From contig NC_092674.1 of assembly GCF_964355755.1 (NCBI RefSeq), forward strand, positions 4,402,001 to 4,466,000: DNA of 64,000 bases, read 5' to 3'. Both the position numbers and the translations under genes were made by a program. This stretch comes from Antedon mediterranea. Its lineage: Eukaryota > Animalia > Echinodermata. Below the pieces are notes generated by a model. The model was not told the origin of the DNA, ran no database searches, and was given only the letters and a program-made list of their open reading frames with translations. Position 1 is the first letter of the stretch. Each line of letters opens with the position of its first letter. Positions 11,968-25,200 of the stretch are shown piece after piece.

Positions 11968-13670
11968 AAAGATAGGACTGGCATTTAGACTATGTCCTGA
12001 AAGGTTATGAGATAAACTGGTTCAATGTTCACTCTTAAAGCACAAGTAATTATATCATATTTAAATGACATTTAGCACCGATAATGCTTGTGGAGTCTGC
12101 AAAATTTAACCATGTTATGCCAAATAAATGTGTATTTCTTGTGGAATGTGTTAAAATGTCATCTGAAGTAATAATGTTATGCTATTCTGAAGGTAGTAAA
12201 TATTTGGCACAGTAAATGTGAATTAAACTTATGAAAAGCATAATTCAATTCACAAAATATAAAATCTTTTTGAGAGGTACTGCTTTAAAACTCCCCATAT
12301 TTAGCTAGATTAAAAAACAGTAAATTAACCAAATTAAACAGTAAAATGTCATTACAGTACACATTTTTGCATTGTAAAATTATTGTGGTTGTGCCTGTAT
12401 TCAAATTCTGTGATAAAAGTGTTCAGTATATTAATTGGTTATTTTAGCCAATTATCTGAATTAATAAATTTGTCCAATATCATACAGAGGCAACGCTGTA
12501 ATACAATGTCACATGTGTATCACATGTTACACATTTTTCATAGGCATAACCATGATACAGGTGGCTCATATGATACATACTGTATGTGACACTGTATTAC
12601 AGAATTAGCATATGATACTGGGAGGAATGATGCCACATGTGGTAGATGCAGTACCTAGAGAATTTTTTTCTATGCAGTATACTTGAGTATAAATACTGTT
12701 TCTGTTAAAAAAAGTATGAGTTATAACTTTAAAATACAGTATATCAAGTTTATGACAACAAAATGTATTATTATTTTATATATGAATCAATGTGGTGATA
12801 TCTGGTTAAAATATTGCTGAAAGCAAAGTTTCAAGAATTGTATAGAAAATGTATGCATTGTTCATTAAATATTGCATTGTAAACAGAAATATTTTGTTGA
12901 TTGAAAATTTAGGGTTCATTGATCATTGCATAATAATCAAGTCATTTATTTGAATTTCATTTCAATTACAACACTACAAAATAATTTAGCCACTATTTCA
13001 GGAAGGAAACTCCACTGCAAAGAAAACCGCCTTTGACCTGAACATGTATTGTTTCAAATAAAAACAATTAAAGTGACATTTCTACAGAACAGACATACAT
13101 TTTGAACCATAGTAAGGTATCTTTGTGCTTTCCAAAAACCATCATTTACCCTCTATAATTGTATTTTTTTAAATGATTGCATATTTACATTAGTCTAAAT
13201 ATTTCAAATTTAATAATGATAAAATAGTCTTATAAATAAACAAATGCATTTTTTTTTAAATATTCGAAATTATTAAAATTTTAAATGCATAACTTTTAAT
13301 TTCATTACATAAAATTATTGCACATATGATATTTTGTTATTACATTAAAAAATGTATCAAATTCATTGCATCTGCAGTTTTGATAGATACAAAGGTGTCC
13401 TAACGTACAGTATCCTATATGCACCATAATGCATACAACATACCTGTAAAATTTTAAATTATAAAACCACCACATCCCCTCTATAAAATAAATTAAAATA
13501 GGGATAGTGTATTAGTAGCAATTTCAATATTTTACACCAACCACTCTGCCAATAGCAACAACAGAAGTTCGTCTTAAAAAATGTCATTAATTTGCGCTAC
13601 TTAACGATGATCTGACTGACAATATTTCCATTTTATAAAAAGGTTGTAAAAAAGGTAATAAGTTTGATGC

Positions 13671-16475
13671 TTAATCATAATGGGTTAAAATGTCCTTAGT
13701 GCATCCAACTCGAACGTCTCTATCAGCGAAATGGTACGTTACGAGCGAATGAAAGATTATATTGGAGACCACTACGACGTATTCACAGAGAGCAAACATT
13801 GTATACACTAAAAAGAGAAAAAAAAAGTATTAATATGAGATAAAAATTGGAATTTTTACAAACAATGTTGCATACATAATTAGGAAAATTCAGATAGAGA
13901 GGAGAATTTACTCAATTGCCAAATTTGTATGTAATTTGTATCTGGTAAATACATTTTTTGGAATATTTGCAAAATATTTGTTATCATTTGGGATTTGAAC
14001 CCACAACTACCAGATTAATAGACTGGTGTTCATATCTGTAGACCACCAACATGTGTTTGATCTATTTCATTTTGAAATATGCCTCACTGTCTACACTAAC
14101 TTCATGTGACAACAAAATTTGATGTGCCCATATATGTACATGATGATATCACTACCATATTTGGTATATCACTGCCATATTTGGGCACATCACACTTTTT
14201 TGTCAAAGACTAAATACACAAAGCAGAGTGTTTTTGTAAAGAACAAATCTTAGGCCATTGATTCTTACCTCCAGCCTCACAATATCGGTTGTGTCGTAAA
14301 AAGAAGTAAACAGCTATCAGGCAGCTTAATATATCAAGAGCAAATACACTCATTTTAGAGTATAATGTCCTCTTTTCCTGCAATAATAAACAAAAGGGTA
14401 TAAACATAGCTATATAATGGAGAAACATGTAATAAATTCAAGCTATCAAATTTCTACCGCAGTTTCCTGGTAGCCTCAACAATTAATAACAGTATAGTTG
14501 GTGTTCACTCCTTTTTATGTTGAATTGATTTTAAACTATGTTATGTGAACTTAAAAAGAAATAATTGATTAAAATGTATATCATATTATTAAATAAAATT
14601 AAAATTAATAATTAATTAAAATAAATACTTACACTGATGATATTCTCAGAGTCGGAATATTTGATATATTTCTTATACATGACGCATATACAGAGCATAA
14701 ATAGCATAGACGATGCTTGGAACACTAAAAAGAGCATTTCATGCACCTCTGAAAATAAATAAAAAATAAATTTACAATTTTAAGTTAATTTCTTGTTTGG
14801 TCAAGGATATTTTGATTTAAATAACATTAAAAATATGTGTACAGTACCTTTCAATTCTCTAGATGATATATAAGTTAACCCAATCAACGATAAGTTTTCC
14901 AAAACTTCAAAAAATATACACAAAATGCATAGAAACTTGTATCTTGCATTGGCTCTGGAGTAGTTGTAGAAATACATAAAGTGCATGAAGGCTAAAGCAA
15001 GACGTGTAGGGCTGCAGAGTGCAATCGCTATCCTCCACACGTAACACGATGGTTCGATAGATATAGCTGCACTCACTGATGGAAGGTAGTTTGCGACCTA
15101 TTAGCATAAAAAAAATGTTTAATTTTTAAATACCGGTAGGGAGATTGATAACATTTAATTTTAAAGATATATTGTCTTCATGAAAAACTATTAAACACAT
15201 TTTTGTTATTGATTTTAATGTCACAATATTCACTTTGACCAAAAACTGGATGGAAATAAAAAATGATTTACCTAAAAAAAATGTAATTTAAAGCAAAGAA
15301 TGCTTAAATTGTCTGTCAGAAAATGAATTTTTGGTTAAAATTAATTATTTTTGAAATAATTTTTTTTTCTACAGAAGTGAATAACTTTATTAAAACTGCA
15401 AAATGGTCTATTAAAAGTCTGATTTTAGTAATCTTCAGTTTTCATATTTTTGGGGGAAAATACATCTTTAATATTTTAATAGTCTGTCAAAAATAGCAGT
15501 TCATAATAGGGGGATCTGGTTGTGGTCATGTTATGTGGCTTACTAAAGCATCAATAGTACAAGGGTTGGGCCAAAATCGATGTAGCATTTTACATAAAAT
15601 TTAGTGAGGGGGGAGGGAGAACATCATACTTCAGGGTGGGCCTAGCCAGTTTTATCAATTTAACTAGTGAAAATAAATTGCAATGTCAAGCTCTCACTAT
15701 TGAACTTTATGTGACAAAAAAATGTGATATGCCTAAACATGATGATGTCATACCACATACCACATATGGGCACATCACTACCATATTTGGGCACACAAAC
15801 TGTCAAACTAGTTTGATAGTGTAGACAGAGCTTAAGTCATTTAAATTCCCAAAGAATGAAATGAATCAATATACAACAATAAAAGTTCCAGGTTAAAGGC
15901 AACCAAAACAATGGAAAAGGTTTTTTGAATAATTCATTACAGTTCATATTGGTGAAAAGGACTAGAAATATTATAGAACTTCTTCTGTGTACTTGATCTC
16001 ACAATTGTTCACATCAATTAACGTTTAAGCTCTGTCTACACTATTAAACTAGTTTGACAGGTTGTGTGCCCAAAACAACTGTGATGCACCGAAATATAGT
16101 AGTGATATGACATCATCATGTCCTTATATGTGCACATCACATTTTGTTGTCACATAAAGTTTGATAGTGTAGACAGAACTTTACAGAAGAGAAGGATTAA
16201 CCTATTATATAGGTGCCTTTGTAGATAGAAAAGAATGGGCTAGTTATACTGTAGTACTGTAACCCATCTGAATAAACAAATTGTAGAGTTATGTTATTTT
16301 TTTTGCCATTCACTTTTACCTTACAATGTGTTCCTATTGCACTTTCGTAGTTGTACACCATCGCTAACCAAATAGAAAGAAAGAAGCTGACGAGCATAGT
16401 TGCTGAAGTTGCGACTATTACAGTTTTTATCGACAATATAACAATACCGTTACTTTGCTGTTTCACCCTCAACAT
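13671..16475 (-). CDS. PGAP2: Post-GPI attachment to proteins factor 2 (Frag1/DRAM/Sfk1 family)
   Basis: Exons: 16475-16320 (…THCK), 15097-14848 (VANYLPSVSAAI…YVWRIAIAL…ENLSLIGLTYISSRE), 14748-14633 (EVHEMLFLVF), 14377-14269 (YFFLRHNRYCEAG) and 13807-13671 (VYTMFALCEYVVVVSNIIFH…*). Probable upstream UTR exons have donors near 16706 and 17975. Confidence 0.92.
15165..15467. mobile_element. TTAA-flanked MITE, Kolobok-like
   Basis: ttaa|AGATATATTG…AAAATACATCT|ttaa. Homologous to 20264-20590, with a decayed inverted copy at about 59330-59520. Confidence 0.75.
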
Positions 16476-17292
16476 CTTCACTCTGAAAGGAGAAGTTAAA
16501 GTTTGCTCTGTCTCCTCTAAAGCTCTGACTACACTATCAAACTAGTGTGATGTTCCTAAATATGGTAGTGATATTCCCAAATATAGTAGTGAATATGACA
16601 TCATCATGTCCATATATGTACACACATATTTTTTGTCACATAAAGTTTTCTAGTGAAGACAGAGTTTAGAAAAAAATCTACATTCAAATGATATTATGCG
16701 ACCTACCTTGTTTTTTTACAATCCTGTCACACTTGAGAAATTTTTTAGCTGCATAAAATGTATTGTTTACGTATTTTATGAAACCCTATCAAACAATGTA
16801 ACAATTGGCGCATAAGATTGTAATTTCATTTTATGGATATAGTTACCGTCCATTATAACAGAGTACTCTTTCAAATGCTAAGTACATACTCAACGCGGTT
16901 TGCGTTATTCAAGTTTACCATTCCATAGAAGAATTTTTCATTGAGCACAAAACAATTTGGCACAATTAATTATATATGGTTATTTGTACATTACATTATT
17001 ATTTAAAAAGTACTATACTGAAAATGCAATCCAGTCCAAAAAAAACTAACTAAAAAATAATGAAGATAAATATTTATTTGTAGATGTATTACCTACTCTC
17101 CATCCCTTTTCCAATTTTACTTTTTCAAATATAACGTGGCTATTTTATATTTTATATGGCCCAAAGAAGTTTAGTTGATCTGGCCTCCTGTGGTCAATAA
17201 GTTAACTGAACTAAAAATTTAAAAAAAAATGTTGCATCCTCCCCTGTTTATTTACTGTAATATTAATTAGCATTTTAATGTAATTGTGAGTG

Positions 17293-17575
17293 GGTGAGTG
17301 AGTGGCCGAGCGGTTAAGACAGTGGAACCGTAATTACGTAGCCATAAAATTGGCAGGAGTTCGAGGCTCACTCACTTCTGGTGGTAGAACGAGTCTTCTC
17401 GGATAAGGACTATAAACCGTAGGTCCAGTGTACACATCTAGCTCGTGTGCACTTTAAATAACCTAGTACATCTTTCGAGACGAGTAGGGGTTACCCCAGC
17501 CACTGATCATCAACTGGGCCCTCTGGGAGACCAGTCTTTGACTGAAGAGGTTAACTTACCCAGTATAAATATATA
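17293..17575 (+). mobile_element. tRNA-derived SINE with Deu/Nin-type central domain
   Basis: A box TGGCCGAGCGGTTAAG, B box GTTCGAG, then TCGGATAAGGACTATAAACCGTAGGTCC…GAGTAGGGGTTACCCC. Second copy at about 62024-62300 and a minus-strand fragment at about 58915-58965. Confidence 0.8.
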
Positions 17576-19111
17576 TTTCAATCAATTGTGTTGTTTGAAT
17601 AAAATCGTCCATGATATAAAAAATAATAAAGTCAATACTCAGTATAGCCAATACCACCAAATATACTCTTACATTTGTTTTAATGACTGTACTATTAATT
17701 ATAAATGCAACCTGCATTACCGCATAATGAGGCCATAAATGAATAAATCATCGAGTACAGTGAGAATAAAGCAATACATGATTAGCAATTAGCAATTCAA
17801 TATCAAATCAACGGTATCTCTCAGCATGGATACGCCGAGGCCGGTGCAGCCAGCCATGTTCTCACCACAGCCAGCTAAGCGCGCTGCTAATTATTGGTAC
17901 CAGACCGAGAAGCTGTTCTCATTGCTCTCGTCGTATCATCTCTCATAAAATCATAAAGGTAGCCATTTTACTCACCTTAGTACTCAATTATATATGGAAC
18001 AGCAAGTAGTTTTAACGTTGTATGACTAGAACAGTTTCTACCGGCATATAGTACATGAATATTTAATATGAATAAGCATACTATCAAACTGCAGTACTCT
18101 AACTCACAAAGTCACAGATAAATCAATAACATAAAACGGTCACGCATAACTGAGCACGGATAGTTTCATTGTTTACCTGCTGATAAGGGGAACTCCCTTT
18201 GAGGTGTTGCGTCATAACGGAACCTGGTTTTTTTCCTAGGCAGGACAATTTTGCACGCTTTGAAGCCATTGGAGCACAATGTGCACTAACCGAAAATAGT
18301 ATGCACGAATTCACGTGTATAACAATTTCTTTTATTGGACGCTCAAATTCATATTTCATAATAGTAAACCTATGCTACATATGAAAAGACAATTACACAA
18401 AACATGTAGGCCTATGATATTATGTTTATTATGTTCACAAATTTGATTTGGCTTTCAATATAATATGTGAAATGAATGAATTCAACCTATTAAAATAATT
18501 ATTTGAAACACAAGAATTTGATTCAAACCTCAATTTACTATTTGATAGTATTTGACTATAATATTAAAACAAAAATAAAATATTAATTCCCAAATTACTT
18601 TATTTTAGATAAATTGCACCTGAATGATAAAGAAAATAATAATGCTATAAGAAATTACTCACAAACATGGAATACAATGAACTATAGTACTAATGACTGA
18701 TTGATGAATACAAGTAACAAATAGCAACAAACTGATTCTCGAACTGAACCATTTCAATAATACAAGCATGGTACTGTACCTCTAAACCACTAACAATACT
18801 GTGTGGTAATTTAGTAACACATCAGCAAGAACTATCACTTAGTGTAATATAATTTCCAATATTCATGACTTTTGGTACTATTTGCATTTTGTGCATATTT
18901 AAGTTAATTTGCATATTATAAGTGCATTTGCATATGCAGGAGATACAAGACTAGTGTAATTTAAATATTCATTTAACAATAAAGTACATCCTTATGTAAG
19001 TACAAAGTATAAAGAAATAGCTAAAAGAAGTGCAGAACATGAACACTGAGATTAAAACATGTAGCTATGAAATAATGTTCATTTCCTAGTATTTACTGCC
19101 ATTTTGTATAA

Positions 19112-19251
19112 AGCTCTGTGTACACGATCAAACTAGTTTGACAACAAAACTGTGATGTGCCCAAATATGGTAGTGATATGACATCATCATGTCTATATAT
19201 GGGCACATCACATTTTTTTAACCACATAAGTTTGATAGTGTAGACAGAGCT
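19112..19251. mobile_element. Harbinger-type MITE family A copy in the NFXL1 3'UTR
   Basis: Same TIRs with TAA flanks, 22 nt past the stop codon. Confidence 0.85.
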
Positions 19252-19273
19252 TAATAAGTGTGAAATATAAAAT

Positions 19274-22200
19274 TTACATCTGCATAAGATAAAGACTAAA
19301 CAGCAACGCCAACGCTAAGACAATGCCAATTGGCAAATATTTGTTCTTCCACCATGGGGTCATCTCAAGCTCTTCCATTTTTCTTCGTCTATGTTTCTTG
19401 CCTTTGTTCATCACTCGATTATATTCTTCTTCATCTCGCTAAAATAGTAAAGAATAAATTATATTCAAATAAACAATCAATATTCTAAAGCTCTGTCTAC
19501 ACTATCAAACTACTTTGACAAAAAAAGTGTAATGTGCCCAAATATGGTAGTGATATGACACCATCATGTCCATTATGGGCACATCATATTTGTTGTCACA
19601 TAAAGTTTGATAGTGTAGACAGAGCTTAAGCAAATATATGAGCAATATATGTAAAATATAATGTAGAGGTACATTATCAGTGAGTAGCAGAAGATTTGTA
19701 CCTACACCCAGTGGCATAACAGCTATGAGCACTCACTGGCTAAACCCAGGGGATCTGAGCAGATACCAGAGGAAACAAACAATATGTTGAAAAATGCTGA
19801 ACACATCTAAAGCTTGGTCTACACTATCAAATTTTATGTGACACAAAAAATGTGATGTGCCATATATGACATGATGATGTCATATTCGGGCCCATCACAA
19901 TTTTTTTGTCAAACTAGTTTGATAGTGTAGACAGAGCTTAAGGCTTCCAGTCTAGCAGGGCCACTTGAGGGTTTCAGAACAAGGGGCCACTTCCTACACA
20001 CTAAGCCTCTATTTCTAATTCTTTATTCGTTTAATATTACAATTACCATTTGTTGTCGTTGTTTTTCCATTTCTTTCTTCAATTCCTCCTCTTCTCTCAG
20101 TTTTTTCTGTTTTTCAAGCACTTCTCTACAGTGGTCATCACACTCTAATCTTGCTTCTTTGGATTCAACGAGCGGACATGGAAAATTCTTTAAAAAACAA
20201 ATTAATTAAATTATTATTAAAAACTAATTATTATAAAAATATTTAAAAAGAAAAAACATTTAAAGATATATTGTTCCCCTGAAAAAATAGTTTTTAACAT
20301 TTTTTTTAATATGCCATTTTAATGTCACTTTGACCAAAAATTACATGGGAAACAAATTATTCACCTGAAAAAATTAAAAAATGCAAAAAATAGTCAATTG
20401 AAGTTTTAACCAAACACCAAAAATTGAAAAAAAATGTCATTGAATATGTCTGTTTAGAGTGAAATTAAAATTTGTGATTGTTTTTTTAAATATGGAAGTG
20501 AATAACTTCAATAAAACAGCAAAATTGGCCTATTTAAAGTCTGATTTTATAAATCTTTATTTTCTCATGATGTTGGAGGAAAATACATCTTTAAATGTCC
20601 TTGTTTCCATAGTTATCTGAAAGACATATCTACACAAAAATAATATTCACCTTTTTTCGTCTCTTGCATGGACATTTAAGAGGCTTCTTTCCGGTACATT
20701 CAGTTGGGAGAGCACAGTCACCACTATGGCATTGTTTACTGCATAGATGGCCACAAGACATCATTTCAGGGCATGGCCCTTTGCAGGACTGCTTCTCATC
20801 TCTTTCAACTTTAGAAGCATTTGTCCACTCACTAGCACAAACATAAGAAAACATTATATAATATTTAAAAGAAAAACTGTGCCCACCTATGTAAACCTTC
20901 TGATGGTTATAGATTCCATATAAAAAGTAATTGTAAACAATTTAATATGAATGTGACATTTTCAAACATCATGCAGAAAACATAGCTGACCCATATAGTC
21001 CCCAAATCATATTTTCTTATAATTATATTTTGCATACAAATTATAGTAAAGTATAAATACACAATGCATTTTAAAGTTTTTTTTTTATAGTGTTGCATTC
21101 TAAAACTCTGTCTACACTATCAAACGTTGTGAAAAAAAGTGTGATGTGGTAGTGATATGACATGATCGTGTCTATATATGGGCACATAACATTTTGTTGT
21201 CACATGAAGTTTGATAGTGTAGACAGAACTTTAGAGTACAACACTATCAAACACCATGCAAACATTGATAAAGAAACTGGCACCATGGATAACAGATGAA
21301 AATCTACGTACCTACAATTAACATAGACCAACATGTTACGACAGTGACATCTCATCTTGTTACTCTTCTCACAAGTTGGACATAACATTTTGTTGTCACA
21401 TGAAGTTTGATAGTGTAGACAGAGCTTTAGAGTACAACACTATCAAACACCATGCAAACATTGATAAAGAAACTGGCACCATGGATAACAGATGAAAATC
21501 TACGTACCTACAATTAACATAGACCAACATGTTACGACAGTGACATCTCATCTTGTTACTCTTCTCACAAGTTGGACATGGCGTTGAATGACACGGCATC
21601 CTGCACTTATGAGGGCAGTCTTGTGGTCGTGGCTTCGAACATTTCTCTTCACATGGCATACATTCAGATCCTGCCTGAAAAATATTATTGCTATTTACTA
21701 TGAATTCTAGTCTAAGTCTGTTGATCTAGTACCATTTAGAAACCTGTTAAAATTGTATGTGCTGTCTACATTCTGACAGCTCTGTCTACACTATTAAACT
21801 AGTTTGACAAAAAAAGTGTGATATGCCCAAATATGGTAGTGATATGACATCATCGTGTCCACATATGGGCACATCAAATTGTTTGTGACATAAGTCTACA
21901 CTACCAAACTTTATGGGACAACGAAAATGTGATATGCCCAAATATGGTAGTGACATCGTTATTGAGTCACTTTAAGTCACTACTCAAAACTCACCTTTTC
22001 TGATTTTTTTCTACAGCGCCATGAGCAATGAATGTTGGAATGGCGCTATATAAATCGAACGATTGATTGATTGATTGATTGATATGACATCATGTCCATA
22101 TACTGTACACCAAATTTGTTGTGACATAAGTCTACACTATCAAACTTTAGGTGACAACATACACTATAAAATATATGGACATGATGTCATATCACTACCA

Positions 22201-25200
22201 TATTTAAGCATATTATCACTACCATCAAACTTTTTTTGTCAAACTAGCTTGATAATGTGGACAGAGCTATAAAAGGAAAACTAGAAACCTTACAAAAAAC
22301 AATACGATCGTAGACTTACTGTATCCTCATTTATTGCACCAGTTACAATGTGACATTCCAATTGACAATAATGATTGCCACATGGTAAAAACCGGTTACA
22401 TGTCCTCTTACAAGAAAACCTTCCAGACCGTGAACAGGGTAGTTGCTGTGTCTGAAATATGAATGAATATAGAAATAGGTTATTGTAATAGAATTTCTTT
22501 GAGACACCTCTATTCAAGGGACAGCCTTATTGAAGGCGAAAGTTTCAAGTCATGAAACAAGTAACTAGTAATATATGTTTTAACAGTCAACCTAGATTCA
22601 GGGGACACCTCGATCAAGGGGACACATCTATAAAGGGGACACATCTATAAAGGGGACACCTGGATTCAGGGGACACCTCTATTAAGGGGACACTCTGTTG
22701 GGTCCTGAAGGTGTCCCCTTAATAGAGCTTTTACTGTAGTTGAATGCTACAAAATTTTTATCAGTATATAACATTTAAAGACCACTAACCATTTCCCAAT
22801 CTGTGACTTGTGGTAAAATATGCGCATTGTTGCAGTTAAAATTTTATATGTATTATATTTTATAAAACAGTTTTAAAATAGAACAATATTTCCTACCTCA
22901 TGTAATCCAAAGCATTGTATTGGTACAGGATACATGCAGGGTGGACATGGGAAGGCTACCTGCTTGAACTGTACTTCAGGTTGCTTCTCCCATGGGCCAG
23001 CAGGCCGGGGCTAGGGAAACAAATGGTTAGATAAAGTAGTCGATATAACTTAAATATTAAACAATACTACTATTATGTAAATTAAATAACATAAATAACT
23101 GAATACCAAAGAATGTTACCCTTTGTTCCACATGTTTTACCGTGACATCATCATGACATGCAGCTGGACAAGAGTGACCACAAGTTAGTTGATTGTTACA
23201 CAGCTGTCTACAAGGTGGACACCGGCCAAAGTGACAATGATGTCGCTCCCGTTTGACATGGTGACAGTTTGGAGGTGTGCTAAAAATAAAAGAAAAGTAT
23301 TGTGTTTACTTTAGTATTGTCAATATTTCATTTTGTACTTTTATCAAATATACCAAATTATTTAAAGTCCTTTACCTGCACGGCTGTTTACAGCGTGGTG
23401 GTTTTGTGGCTCGATCCATACCACAGCGAACTTTCAGAACTGTCTGGTTGCAGTTACATGAGATTTTGGATATTTCACGACAGGGATAACATAGGCCTGT
23501 AATAATAAGAAAACTCCTATTCTCAAACAGCATTGTGTTGTGAAGTTTACCCTCTAGTAGTTTAATAATATCTCTATGGGTTTACCCACCTTTGTGACAC
23601 TTGGCTAAACATTTATGATTTCTACAAGTGAGGTTGCGTCCACAAGGCTGCTCACACGGCGGACAATGGTTGTCACAACACTTCCGTTTACACTGATGGC
23701 GGCCACAATTTCGAACCACTGAGCATTTGACATCGCACAGAAACGTTTTAGCACAAGGAACAGACTTCTCTTTATGGCCACAGCGACATTTCTTTACCGT
23801 CATTTGGCGACACTGTATACAGAAATTTTTAAAAGGCACAATTGAAACGCTAAACATTTCTAATATCTGAAATTTAATCGGATTTCAATCTAAAATTGTA
23901 AAGAGAATTTATTTTGAGGTTAATTTTAATAACCTATTAGGGGTCCTCGACAGGAATGATGCTCACCCAGGTTTATGCAAAAACAACAAAACTCACACAA
24001 AGAACCTGGTGAAATCATTCCTAAGCAAGTTTCTTTGTCAGATAGGCGAATGTTTCGAGACACTAATACAACTATATAGGATTTAACTCAAAATTCATTT
24101 TATACAGTAGAGCCTCTATTCAGGGAAACTTCTTTGTATAATGAATGGGAGAGGGAAAATATCTATCACTACGACTAACCAGTATTCAGAGGACACCTTC
24201 AATAAGGGGACAGGGTTATCTCCTTAATAAGGGGACAGGTTTATCTCCTTAATAGTGTACTACTGTACTCACATCTTCACATGGTCCTTTATGACATCTT
24301 GAAGTACATGTATGCAGACCACATTCAAGAAGTTGATTACATGTATCACCACATGTAGGTACATCTTCTGTACAAGGTAATTGATACTCTGTAATATAAA
24401 TGATATTTGAAGGAAAGAGTAAGTTAATGAATGTGGTGGAGGAAGGAAATGACAGACTGCTGCCAATAAATCTTGCTGGAGGAAAGAAATGATAGACTAC
24501 TGCCACTAAATCTTGCTGGAGGAAAGCAATGACAGACTGCTGCCACTAAATCTTTCTGGAGGAAAGCAATGACAGACTGCTGCCAAGAAATCTTGCTGGA
24601 GGAAATAAATGACAGACTGCTGCCAATAAATCTTGCTGGAGGAAAGCAATGACAGACTGCTGCAATGAATCTTACTTGTTTTTCCACAAGGACATGATCT
24701 GTTGTCAGCTCTTGGGCAGCTTTCACAGTCCCCTTTGTGGCAGACTTCCTCGCAGGTGTGGTTACCGCAAGAGAGCAATTTTCCACATACTCTGGTACAC
24801 TGCCACTCTAAGGCATCGCATGACTTAAGAGCAACGGATCGACCACACTGACACGAACACCGACTCTGACGTGGACACGGTGGGCACTCTCCTAAAAAAA
24901 AAATATAATTTGTTAGTTGAAAGTTAAATATGGACAAAGAATATGCACAGAAAAGTAATAAAAGCAGTAATATTTTCGTTGGCTTTCACACTGGTAAAAG
25001 GCTATTATCAACTGCTTATTTGGTTTTTAAATATCGTATGCCCTAAAATATGTTGACATCAGTGTCAAGGGCATATTAAAAGAATTACTGACCTGCATGG
25101 CAAAGAGTATCACATGTGTGACCACATTGTAATTTAGTGGCACATTTTTTACCACATGACCATTGTCTTGCAGAGCAACGCTTCTGAGTTGGCGGTTCAC

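Noticed and set aside
17293-17375. tRNA gene
   Set aside because: A and B boxes are present, but there is no convincing cloverleaf and it continues into a repeated SINE body.
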